DNA of 64,000 nt, taken from Spirochaetia bacterium. GTDB lineage: Bacteria; Spirochaetota; Spirochaetia; UBA9216. The stretch covers positions 160,001 through 224,000 of the forward strand of contig OZ223265.1 in NCBI GenBank assembly GCA_965140585.1. Reading direction: 5' to 3'. Positions 1-9,122 of the stretch are shown in pieces. The stretch's first letter is position 1. Each line of letters opens with the position of its first letter. The translations under genes were made by a program, and so were the position numbers. The notes under the pieces were generated by a model that saw only the letters and a program-made list of their open reading frames with translations, searched no databases and was not told the origin of the DNA.

Positions 1-1865
1 AGTGATGCGAGATTCTTCGCGTACATAAAGCGACCCTTAGTATTGTCGCCGCTTAAAGTAGTATAGCGGAGAAAAAAACCGGAAGAGGCATCATAATCTC
101 CCATCAGATACGAACTCCAGCCGGCAATGTAGGCTGCATCAGCGGCAGAATCTGAATCGGGATAATTTCTTGTCAGCTCACCAAAGGCTTTAACAGCTTC
201 GGGATAACGTGCAAGCCGGTACAGAGCCCATCCGCGATAATACTCTGAATAAGTATAAATTTCAGGAACGCCTGCAGACTCTGCATTTACGGGGCTGATC
301 AATGCCAATTCATTAAGAGCTCTTTGATAATCGCCCTCCGCAGTGGCAGCAAGACCGCTTAAGTATGATGAAAGAACATAAACATATTCGTTTCCGCTTC
401 GGACACTGTCATTCCATTTAAGTTCAACAGCCTCATTGAGCAGTGTATTATAGTCCTTCATCTGAAACCTGATTCTCAGAAGATCAAGCCTTGCAGCAAG
501 TTCATCGGGACGCAGATCTATATAACGCTGAAGAGATTCAGCGGCTCTGCTGTATTTACCTGTTTTCTTGAGAAGTGTAGAATCAAGCCTCAGCAGCGCT
601 GCAGTACGTTCTCCCTTTTCATCTGTAGAATAAGCCCTGGAAACATACTCCGAAGCATCTTCAATCCGGTTTGTCTTGTAGCAGATAAAGGCCTTCAAAT
701 AGGCAGCATCCGAAAACAGCGCAGACTCTGAGAAGTCCCGGAAAAACTCATCAAGAAGACTTTCAGCTCTTCCCCATTCTTCTTTAGAGGTATAAAGCCC
801 GGCCAGCCTGACAAGAATCTCCATTCTATGTGAATCAGAAGATGTTAAAAAAATTTCAAGAATCTCAACGGCTCGCTCCGTGTTTGCTTCTTCTTCAAGG
901 ATTCGTGACAGGTATAAAGGCACAAGACCGTTAAGTGCTGACGGGTCTGAAGTATCCCAGGCTTTCAGCAGGTAGGTCTGGGCAGTTTTTATATCTCCGG
1001 CATTATAGGATGCAATTCCAATTCTCATCCTGAAATCCTGAAGAATAAGAGGCTTATCATTTAGAGTCTTTTCTGCCTCATTAAGAAGACTAACCAGTTC
1101 ATCATTCCTGCCGGCCTTACGGTAAATGGTAAAAAGCCGCTGCCATGCAGGCTCGGCACCTTCAACGCCTATCAGCTCGGTATACAGTCTCTGGGCGTTG
1201 TTCATATCGCCCAGCATGTAATAGGATTCTGCTCGATAAAGCCTCAGACGCCCCTGCCACTGTGAATCAAATTTATCGGGAGAAGTCTCATCAAAAAAAT
1301 CAATAATAGTCTGATACTTACTCTGTTTCAGATAGAGGCTGCAGAGCAAAGCAGATATATAACCGTCATCGTTAAAATCATCACGCTGCAGAAGCAGTTC
1401 AAGAGAAAATGCTGCGTCAGCAGTATTCCCCATGTTATCGTAACACATTGCACGGTAAAGATAGGCATCTGATATCAGTCTATCATCGCCGCTTTTTATA
1501 TAATCATCAAAGTGGCCTACAGCCTTTGAAAAGTCCTGCTGCTCCAGATACACCCTGGCCTGCCAGAATGGAACAAGCTCAATATAGGATGTTGAGCGGT
1601 AGCGGCTGCTGATTTTTTCAAACAGACTAAGAGCTTCATTGCCCTTCCCCGTCTGATACAGGCAGATAGCCTTTCTGAACTGAGCATCAGCAACATAGGT
1701 TGAGATGGGATAATCATCAATCAGCCGCTGGTATAGATTAAGAGCAGCTGTATAATTTGCGCTCCGGAATCGGCCTTCTGCTTCCAGGTAAAGTTCGCGG
1801 GCATCCGCAGAAACATGAAGCAGAGGAATTATAAAAATCAATAAAGATAAGAATATCCTTTTCAT
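1..1865 (-). CDS. Secreted tetratricopeptide-repeat (TPR) protein, 3' end runs off the window
   Basis: Not in the ORF track because it has no stop in the window. Manual translation from ATG 1865 gives MKRIFLSLLIFIIPLLHVSADARELYLEAEGRFRSANYTAALNLYQRLIDDYPISTYVADAQFRKAICLY..., a signal peptide followed by repeated TPR helices. The frame is open to position 1. Confidence 0.85.
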   Translation of the reverse strand, partial: MKRIFLSLLIFIIPLLHVSADARELYLEAEGRFRSANYTAALNLYQRLIDDYPISTYVADAQFRKAICLYQTGKGNEALSLFEKISSRYRSTSYIELVPFWQARVYLEQQDFSKAVGHFDDYIKSGDDRLISDAYLYRAMCYDNMGNTADAAFSLELLLQRDDFNDDGYISALLCSLYLKQSKYQTIIDFFDETSPDKFDSQWQGRLRLYRAESYYMLGDMNNAQRLYTELIGVEGAEPAWQRLFTIYRKAGRNDELVSLLNEAEKTLNDKPLILQDFRMRIGIASYNAGDIKTAQTYLLKAWDTSDPSALNGLVPLYLSRILEEEANTERAVEILEIFLTSSDSHRMEILVRLAGLYTSKEEWGRAESLLDEFFRDFSESALFSDAAYLKAFICYKTNRIEDASEYVSRAYSTDEKGERTAALLRLDSTLLKKTGKYSRAAESLQRYIDLRPDELAARLDLLRIRFQMKDYNTLLNEAVELKWNDSVRSGNEYVYVLSSYLSGLAATAEGDYQRALNELALISPVNAESAGVPEIYTYSEYYRGWALYRLARYPEAVKAFGELTRNYPDSDSAADAAYIAGWSSYLMGDYDASSGFFLRYTTLSGDNTKGRFMYAKNLAS

Positions 1866-1922
1866 ATCCTTGATAGGATATACCTTTGCATTCCAATTTT
1901 CAAGATTTTTCGATTTTTTCCG

Positions 1923-3240
1923 TTAACGCCTGAAAAGGTTGTGGTCGCCCAGCCCTTCCTCATTAACGAGCTGCGGCAGTTTTATAACAGGAGGAACCTC
2001 AATTCGGACAAGGTGAACATATGCCCCGGGATACCTTTTTTCAAGACTCTCGGTATTGCTCTCAAAATTACGTTCTAAAATAACATCATCAAAATCATCT
2101 CTGTTTTTAATGGATGGTAAAAGAACTGCGGTATGAACATGCTGTCTGAGTACCGGGCCTTCTCCCCATGGAATATTAACTGATGCAAGATAGAGCGTCG
2201 AAGGTTCAGTGACTGCAAGGTAGTACATTATTGTTTCAAGTTCCCCAATCGGAAAACCTATATCTTCAACATAATCAGCCCAGGGAACATTGGTCACATC
2301 AGCTGATTCATATCCGGATTCCTCATGCTTCCATTCGGACCGGATTTCTGTTGCAATATTTCTTGTCCAGTCCAGACCAAAATAAGGATCACGTTCGCTC
2401 TCATATCTTGCAGACCATCTGTTTCCGCGAAGATCAAGAAACTTCTCCTTCAGTTCACGAATTCCCATATACTTTCCTGTAAGACCGGCATAAATACCGT
2501 CTGCCACCCACTTAACAAACCCCGAACAGTTAAAGCCGGGAGTTTCCATAACTTGCAGATTTTCAATAAAGCGGAACTCACCATCCGCATCGAGGGCTCC
2601 GTCATCTTCATCACTGAGCTTTGGAAGCTCACTGCGGATTTCATCGAGCAGTATCATCTTGCTGTCCGACGAGATTGAGTATCTGTCGGGAAAGATCAGA
2701 TCCCAGTCAATAATCCCGGCCGTAGCCTTTATAATATCAGCAAAAGGCAGGACAAGCACATCGGAGAAACTGTATGGAAGATTGATTCCCGAATAAATTT
2801 GTTTACCGTAAATATTAAGCTCAAGCACTGCGCGATCATTGTCCGGATAAATCCGGACAAAACATTCACTGTCGTTTTTTAGAAAGACCTTAATTTGACT
2901 GAATTTACCATCATCCAGGTTACGTCTTATTATATAAGTCCCGCTGCTGTATACAGGATAACGATAATCCTTCTCATTGATAAAAAGCATATAGAAACTG
3001 TCGTTCTGGGTTTTAATATCATACTTAACCCTTGATCGTCCGGACTGCTGCGGATAGTTTTTTTCCCGGGAATTAAGCACATCACCGGTAGGTGCAGTAA
3101 TTATTTCACGAAGCTGCATACGAATTTCATAATTTTCAGGAAATCCGTAATCTTTATCTTCAGGCCATGCGGATATTGAAACCGATGGAATTACAATAAA
3201 AAAAAGTAATTAGTGCTGTACTAAGGATGATTTTTCTCAC
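1923..3240 (-). CDS. Secreted hypothetical protein with NlpC/P60-like Cys/His motifs; N-terminus separated by a 1-nt frameshift in an A8 run (3198-3205)
   Basis: Main ORF is 1923-3119 and extends in frame to 3209. Motifs GFNCSGFVKW and HVHTAV. GTG at 3240 encodes the start of a signal peptide (MRKIILSTALITFF) one frame off. Confidence 0.65.
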
Positions 3241-3253
3241 AGATTTATTATCG

Positions 3254-3574
3254 TCAGGATTCGGATGATTTTTCAACTTTTAGTGAAAGACTTACAAGTG
3301 ACTGTCTCATGGAATTAATCGCAGCCCGCAGATCGGCATTACCGGATGAAACATCCTTCCAGATACGGTTTCGGGCACCCTCTATAGTATACTTTTCCTC
3401 ATAAAGAAGGTGCCTTATCCGATAGAGAGTGTTCAGATCATTGGAGGTATATTTCCTTTGGCCGTTAAAATCTTTTCTCGGGGAGAGCAGGGAAAATTCC
3501 TGCTCCCAGTATCTGAGCACATGCGGTTTAACATTAAGCAGCCGACAGACTTCCCCGATTGAATACGATTCCAT
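3254..3574 (-). CDS. MerR-family HTH transcriptional regulator
   Basis: YSIGEVCRLLNVKPHVLRYWEQEF...GQRKYT MerR HTH motif. Confidence 0.9.
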   Translation of the reverse strand: MESYSIGEVCRLLNVKPHVLRYWEQEFSLLSPRKDFNGQRKYTSNDLNTLYRIRHLLYEEKYTIEGARNRIWKDVSSGNADLRAAINSMRQSLVSLSLKVEKSSES

Positions 3575-3586
3575 GCACCTAAGGTC

Positions 3587-4924
3587 CTACTCCCTGAAAT
3601 CGAGGGTAAGGGGTATTAAATTAAGTCCAAAATCCTGCCTTATCATTCTCATAAGATATCTGGCATAGAATTCCGGAAAATTCTTATTTCTGTTTACAAA
3701 CGCAATAAAGTGATGCGGATTTGCACTGACCTGGGTAATGTATTTAATCTTGAACCGGCCGGTCTTGGTTCTTGGAGGCTCATTTTCCTCAACCCAGTCT
3801 TTAAGATGAGCATTAAGTGCCGATGTTTCGACTCTGCGGTTAAGCTGCCACCAGACTTTAAGCACATTATCCAGAAGAACGTCAACGCCTTCCGATTTTA
3901 ATGCAGACAGAGGTACTATCGGAGCAAAGGAAAGCACCGGAAAAAGGAACCTAACCCTGTCAGCAACAGCCTCAAAGGCATTGGGTACGTCTTTCATTAG
4001 ATCCCACTTATTAAGAACAAGAATAATACCCTTACCCTTGCGGACAGCCAGACCTGCAATCTTTTTATCCTGATCAGTCAGGCCTTCTTCAGCATCCATC
4101 ATCAATAGAATTATATCTGATAAATCAATACTTTTGATTGCACGGTTAACTGAATAATATTCTACGTCCTCAGTAACCTTCTTCTTTCTTCTGATGCCGG
4201 CTGTATCAAGTATCCTAAACCTGTTATCTTTGTAAACGAAACTTCCCTCAACGATATCTCTGGTTGTACCGGGAATATCAGACACTATAGAATGTTTCTT
4301 GCCTGTGAGACTGTTTATGAGAGTTGATTTTCCGGTATTCGGTTTTCCAAGAATTGAAATCCGTATATCCGCATCTTCTTCTATAAACTCGGAACTGCCG
4401 GCAATCCCCTTTACCCGGGCTTCAGCCACTTCAAGCAGATCACCGATACCTATTCCATGGGTCGCTGATATAGGATAGATGTTATCGAATCCGTAGGAAT
4501 AGAAATTCCATATCTCATTCATCTTTTCCGGACCGTCAACCTTATTAACGACGAGCAGTATTTTTTCTGTATAAGGGCGAAGTGCCTCAATAAGGATTTC
4601 ATCTTCAGGAGTTGTTTCCTTAATATCGAGAACCAGAAGCACCAGATCAGCCGCATCAATTACTTCAAGAGCTCTTGAAACAACAAGATCATCAAGAGCC
4701 TCCTGATCAAGCTTATATCCGCCGGTATCTGTAAGCCTTATTTTAGTGTCGCCGATCACACAAATTTCCTCAACAGGATCACGCGTAACACCCGGAACCG
4801 GATCTGTTATAGCCTTTCTCTTTCCGATAATTCTATTAAATAAAGTTGATTTGCCTACATTCGGCCTGCCGGCAATAGCTACCAGCGGTATATTATTGCT
4901 GTTTAAGGAATTTAAACCTGTCAT
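3587..4924 (-). CDS. der: Ribosome biogenesis GTPase Der (EngA)
   Basis: Two G domains: GRPNVGKS/GVTRD/DTGG/NKVD and GKPNTGKS/GTTRD/DTAG/NKWD. Confidence 0.97.
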   Translation of the reverse strand: MTGLNSLNSNNIPLVAIAGRPNVGKSTLFNRIIGKRKAITDPVPGVTRDPVEEICVIGDTKIRLTDTGGYKLDQEALDDLVVSRALEVIDAADLVLLVLDIKETTPEDEILIEALRPYTEKILLVVNKVDGPEKMNEIWNFYSYGFDNIYPISATHGIGIGDLLEVAEARVKGIAGSSEFIEEDADIRISILGKPNTGKSTLINSLTGKKHSIVSDIPGTTRDIVEGSFVYKDNRFRILDTAGIRRKKKVTEDVEYYSVNRAIKSIDLSDIILLMMDAEEGLTDQDKKIAGLAVRKGKGIILVLNKWDLMKDVPNAFEAVADRVRFLFPVLSFAPIVPLSALKSEGVDVLLDNVLKVWWQLNRRVETSALNAHLKDWVEENEPPRTKTGRFKIKYITQVSANPHHFIAFVNRNKNFPEFYARYLMRMIRQDFGLNLIPLTLDFRE

Positions 4925-6638
4925 CCATCCACCCTCTTACAAATCTGTCAATTTCCCTGTAGGATTTCATTTCAAAAATGGTTCCTACAAGCTCTTCCGC
5001 CTGGGACATTGATACAGTACGGATTATGCTTTTAATTTCGGGAATGCTGAATGAACTCATACTGAAAACATCCAGTCCTAACCCCAGAAGAATGACAGCA
5101 GCATAGGGATCCCCTGCCATTTCTCCGCACATTGCAACAGGGATGCTCTGTGAATGAGCACCTTCAATAATCATCCTCAGCAGCCTGAGCACACCTGGAT
5201 GAAACGGTTCGTACAGATACGCAATCTTTTCATTTCCCCTGTCAACTGCGATAGTATACTGCAGAAGGTCATTTGTTCCAATAGAGAAGAATTGGACTTT
5301 TCGTGCAAGAATATCAGCAGTCAGAGCTGCAGAGGGGACTTCTATCATTATTCCGAGCTGAATTTCCCTATTGAACTTAATATTTTCTGCTGAACATTCA
5401 GACTGAACTTCAGTATAGAACTCCAGAACACGATCAAGTTCTTCAGCCCCGGATATCATCGGGAACATAATTCTCAAATTTCCATGTACCGAAGCCCGCA
5501 AAAGTGCTCTTAACTGGGTTCGGAATATATCTTTCCTGGACATACAGAATCTGATAGATCTCCATCCAAGTATTGGGTTGGCCTCATCTGAAGTGGATGT
5601 ACCCGGAAGCAGTTTATCACCGCCCAAATCAATTGTACGGATAGTTACCGGAAGATTTCCCATAGAAGTCAGAACACGCTTGTAAGCCAGATACTGTTCA
5701 TCCTCGGAGGGTATAATTCCCGGCTGCATAAAGAAAAACTCGGAACGATACAGCCCGACGCCATCTGCACCATGAGCTTTTACTGACTCTGTTTCTTCAG
5801 GAATTTCGATGTTGGCAGTCAGCATAATACGTTTCCCGTCCTTGGTTTCAGCCGGCAGACGGTTAAGATTGAGCAGCTCTACTTCCTTCCGTTGCCACTG
5901 CTGAAGCTTCATCCTGTAGAGTTTCAGCATGTCATCATCAGGCCTGACAATAACATCGCCGCTGGTTCCGTCCAGAATAATCTGCTCACCGTTTCTTACT
6001 TCGGCTGTAATATTGGAAAGTCCAAGGACTGCAGGTATTTCAAACGCTCTGGACAAAATAGCTGTATGAGACGTTTTACCGCCTGTATCAGTAGCAATAC
6101 CTCTAACCATTCGTTTATTCATGGACAGCGTATCTGATGGAAGGAGTTCATGAGCTACAACAATCACTTCTTCATTTAGATTTTTAAGATTAATTCTTTC
6201 CTTGTACAGCAGATTGTCCAGAATTCTCTTTGCCACATCACGAATATCAAAAGTACGCTCCCTGAGGTATTCGTCTGAAGAACTTTTAAGAATTTCTATA
6301 TAATCTTTAAATGTTTCATACAATGCCCATTCTGCATTGTGTAGTTTTTCGTTAATTTTTTTCTTGATCTGTCCGGTTAGCTCTGGATCCTCTAACATCA
6401 GGATATGTGCATCGATAAACTGGATTTCACTGGTGGCTGTGCCGGAATCGACCTCACTTTTTAATTGAAGGAGGTCTGACTTTGTTTTAGCGACAGCATC
6501 CAAATAGCGTTTTTCTTCGGCTGCAATATCTGTTTTGCTGATGGTATATTCAGGAACCCTTAAGTTTTCATCAAGGTAGAAAAAAACTCTTCCGATTACA
6601 ATTCCTTGTGATGCGGGGATACCCTTCAAAATTTTCAT
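4893..6638 (-). CDS. ptsI: Phosphoenolpyruvate-protein phosphotransferase (PTS enzyme I)
   Basis: GGKTSHTAIL phospho-His motif, GVGLYRSEF, SIGTNDLLQY, MCGEMAGDP. Start placed at MKILKGIPAS. Confidence 0.95.
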   Translation of the reverse strand: MKILKGIPASQGIVIGRVFFYLDENLRVPEYTISKTDIAAEEKRYLDAVAKTKSDLLQLKSEVDSGTATSEIQFIDAHILMLEDPELTGQIKKKINEKLHNAEWALYETFKDYIEILKSSSDEYLRERTFDIRDVAKRILDNLLYKERINLKNLNEEVIVVAHELLPSDTLSMNKRMVRGIATDTGGKTSHTAILSRAFEIPAVLGLSNITAEVRNGEQIILDGTSGDVIVRPDDDMLKLYRMKLQQWQRKEVELLNLNRLPAETKDGKRIMLTANIEIPEETESVKAHGADGVGLYRSEFFFMQPGIIPSEDEQYLAYKRVLTSMGNLPVTIRTIDLGGDKLLPGTSTSDEANPILGWRSIRFCMSRKDIFRTQLRALLRASVHGNLRIMFPMISGAEELDRVLEFYTEVQSECSAENIKFNREIQLGIMIEVPSAALTADILARKVQFFSIGTNDLLQYTIAVDRGNEKIAYLYEPFHPGVLRLLRMIIEGAHSQSIPVAMCGEMAGDPYAAVILLGLGLDVFSMSSFSIPEIKSIIRTVSMSQAEELVGTIFEMKSYREIDRFVRGWMDDRFKFLKQQ

Positions 6639-6711
6639 TATAAAATAAATATAAATCATTTTGATCGCCCCGTCAAACAACATACTTAAATTAATCATAA
6701 AGTGAATTCAC

Positions 6712-6738
6712 TCAAAAAGCCCATTTACATGCCGATAA
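6712..6738 (+). promoter_or_regulatory. Putative sigma28 (FliA) promoter for the GerMN gene
   Basis: TCAA-N15-GCCGATAA, ending 10 nt before the ATG at 6749. Confidence 0.5.
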
Positions 6739-6748
6739 TCAGCATAGT

Positions 6749-7531
6749 ATGGCTCGAACTAACAAAAATAAATCATCAATCGGCTGCCTTTTCTGGATAG
6801 CCTTAATCCTACTCATTCTGGTCATTTTCCTTTTTAACAGGGCAACAATCCAGAATGTTCTTGAAGACACTGACTTTATTGACTTCATTAAGCAGGAAAA
6901 AGGGGAACCGGAAGTAACAATTAACAATACACAGGAACCTGAATCGGATACTCAAATTCCGGAAGTGGTTCAACCTGTTCAGGAAACTGAAATTTCAGTC
7001 TCACAGCCTGAAAATATACCCGAAAAGACCGTAGAAATTGAAATCACTGAACCGGAAACAATACCTGAAACCACAAAACCTGAGACGCAGGCTCCTGAAG
7101 TTCCCAAAAAAATAAGACGTTCAAATCTGTATTTTATCGAAATAGCCGATGACGGCGGCATTCAGATGAAAAAAATTGTCAGGCCTGTATATTACATTGA
7201 CTCACCTCTTACTGAAACTATCAAAACTCTGCTTCAGGGCTTATCAACTTCGGAGCTCAATATGGGACTGATATCTCTCATTCCGGAACAGACACAGCTT
7301 CTTTCTATCAGCATAAGTAATGGAACTGCATTTCTGAATTTCTCTGAAAGTTTCCGATTCAATGCATTCGGGGTTGAAGGCTATAATGCCCAGCTTAAAC
7401 AGATAGTATTCACCACTACTGAATTTTCAAATGTTAATTCTGTTCAGTTTCTGATTGAAGGTAAGAAAACAGATTACATGGGACCTGAAGGGGTCTATAT
7501 AGGCGCACCGCTTAGCAGGGATGATTTTTAA
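6749..7531 (+). CDS. Membrane-anchored GerMN-domain protein
   Basis: N-terminal TM helix, E/P/T-rich linker, GerMN core (LLQGLS...SLIPEQTQLL...LNFS...QIVFTTTEFSNVNSVQFLIEG). Confidence 0.85.
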   Translation: MARTNKNKSSIGCLFWIALILLILVIFLFNRATIQNVLEDTDFIDFIKQEKGEPEVTINNTQEPESDTQIPEVVQPVQETEISVSQPENIPEKTVEIEITEPETIPETTKPETQAPEVPKKIRRSNLYFIEIADDGGIQMKKIVRPVYYIDSPLTETIKTLLQGLSTSELNMGLISLIPEQTQLLSISISNGTAFLNFSESFRFNAFGVEGYNAQLKQIVFTTTEFSNVNSVQFLIEGKKTDYMGPEGVYIGAPLSRDDF

Positions 7532-7540
7532 TAAATACAG

Positions 7541-8326
7541 CTATTTAAACAGTGTATCTATCATATGAGAAAGGCTGGAGTCATAAGCTGATCTTGATTC
7601 CGGCTTTTTTTTCCCAGTCCGGAAAAGGAATTCCGTATTACCCTTAGTACCCCTGACAGGAGATTCAAGCATAGCTGAAACATAAACTTCTTCAGCGGTT
7701 AAAGCTTCTGCGGTTTCGAGGATTATTTTTTTCAGAATTTTTCTGTCGGTTATTATACCATTAAAATCAGGACCGCCCTTATATTCAAATTGCGGTTTAA
7801 TAAGTGCGATTAGTAAATCATCAAGTGTATTTGAAAGAATATGCCCTGCTGCACCGGAAATAGATCTGAAAGACAGATCTGCAACGGCAAAATGTGCCGC
7901 AGGCGAAAGGTTTTCAACAGACATGATATTGGTTTTTTCCATAACCACTACCCGCTTATCCTGTCTTAATGTGTATGCAAGCTGGTTATACCCGACATCA
8001 ATAGCATAAACAAGTGAGGCTCCATGCTGAAGCAGACAATCAGTGAACCCGCCGGTTGAAGAGCCCGCATCCAGGACAGTCTTTCCCTCTGTGTTGATAT
8101 TCCATTTGGTTAGGGCAAAATCAAGTTTTTCACCTGCTCTTGACACCCATTTCTTCATTTTTAAATTAATTTCCGAATCGAACCTGAACAATCTTCTGTG
8201 TTCTCTGACGGTTTCTCCGTTAACCGAGACTTCTCCGCACAAAACCATAGAATACAGCTCTTTCTCTGAGATTTCAGGATATTTCAACTTAAGAATAGCT
8301 ATTAGCGGTTTAGAAGGATTTTTCAT
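7541..8326 (-). CDS. tlyA: TlyA-family rRNA 2'-O-methyltransferase
   Basis: S4-like N-terminus, VSRAGEKL, LDAGSSTGGFTD, DVGYNQL, LIKPQFE, GNTEF. Confidence 0.92.
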   Translation of the reverse strand: MKNPSKPLIAILKLKYPEISEKELYSMVLCGEVSVNGETVREHRRLFRFDSEINLKMKKWVSRAGEKLDFALTKWNINTEGKTVLDAGSSTGGFTDCLLQHGASLVYAIDVGYNQLAYTLRQDKRVVVMEKTNIMSVENLSPAAHFAVADLSFRSISGAAGHILSNTLDDLLIALIKPQFEYKGGPDFNGIITDRKILKKIILETAEALTAEEVYVSAMLESPVRGTKGNTEFLFRTGKKKPESRSAYDSSLSHMIDTLFK

Positions 8327-9101
8327 TTATCCGCCGTACAGCTGTGGCCTTTCCGGTACTGCTGTCGATCGTAATGAGCACTCCATTTATTGTTGCAGGA
8401 ACATCTTCGATTTCCATTTTAAAAGGCATTTGAGTTAGCTGTCTCTTAACTGCTGTTTCAACATTTGAACCTATAACACTGTGGCCAGGGCCTGTCATAC
8501 CAATATCTGACATATAGGCTGTACCGCCTCCAAGTATTCGTTCGTCCGCAGTCTGAATATGTGTATGAGTTCCTGTTACAGAGCTCACAGAGCCATCAAG
8601 ATACAGCCCCAGAGCTTCTTTTTCCTCAACATTTTCAGCATGAAAATCTACAATGATTATCTTTGTCTCCTGAGAGACTTTTCTTACAAGCTCCTTCGCT
8701 GTTCTGAACGGACAATCAAGATTCCCCATATCTACTCGGCCCTGAAGGTTTATTACACCGATTTTTACACCCTTTCTAGAAATAACACATGAGCCATGCC
8801 CCGGAGCCCCTGAAGGATAATTTGCAGGTCTTAGAAGTTCATCCCTCCTGTCAAGAAGTGGCAGAATTTCTTTTTTCTGCCACACATGATTACCGGTAGT
8901 GATTACATCGACTCCGGCAGAAAATAGCATTTCTGCATTTTCAGGAGTAATTCCAAATCCATCTGCCGCATTCTCTCCATTCGCTATAACAACATCAGCT
9001 CTGGTTTTTCCAATTAGAGTTTTAAGACCTATAAAAACTGCTCTGCAGCCCGGTTGTCCTATGACATCACCAAGCAGCAGAGCATTTACTGTATCAGACA
9101 T
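8310..9101 (-). CDS. ymdB: TIGR00282/YmdB-family metallophosphoesterase
   Basis: GDVIG, NGENA, TGNH, DFHAE, GTHTH motifs; typical position after rny. Confidence 0.93.
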   Translation of the reverse strand: MSDTVNALLLGDVIGQPGCRAVFIGLKTLIGKTRADVVIANGENAADGFGITPENAEMLFSAGVDVITTGNHVWQKKEILPLLDRRDELLRPANYPSGAPGHGSCVISRKGVKIGVINLQGRVDMGNLDCPFRTAKELVRKVSQETKIIIVDFHAENVEEKEALGLYLDGSVSSVTGTHTHIQTADERILGGGTAYMSDIGMTGPGHSVIGSNVETAVKRQLTQMPFKMEIEDVPATINGVLITIDSSTGKATAVRRINEKSF

Positions 9102-9122
9102 TAATTCAAATTCCCTGGTTGC

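Noticed and set aside
7541-8326. TlyA as a haemolysin/virulence locus
   Set aside because: The motifs and housekeeping context (rny-ymdB-tlyA) fit the rRNA methyltransferase role; nothing here supports a toxin function.
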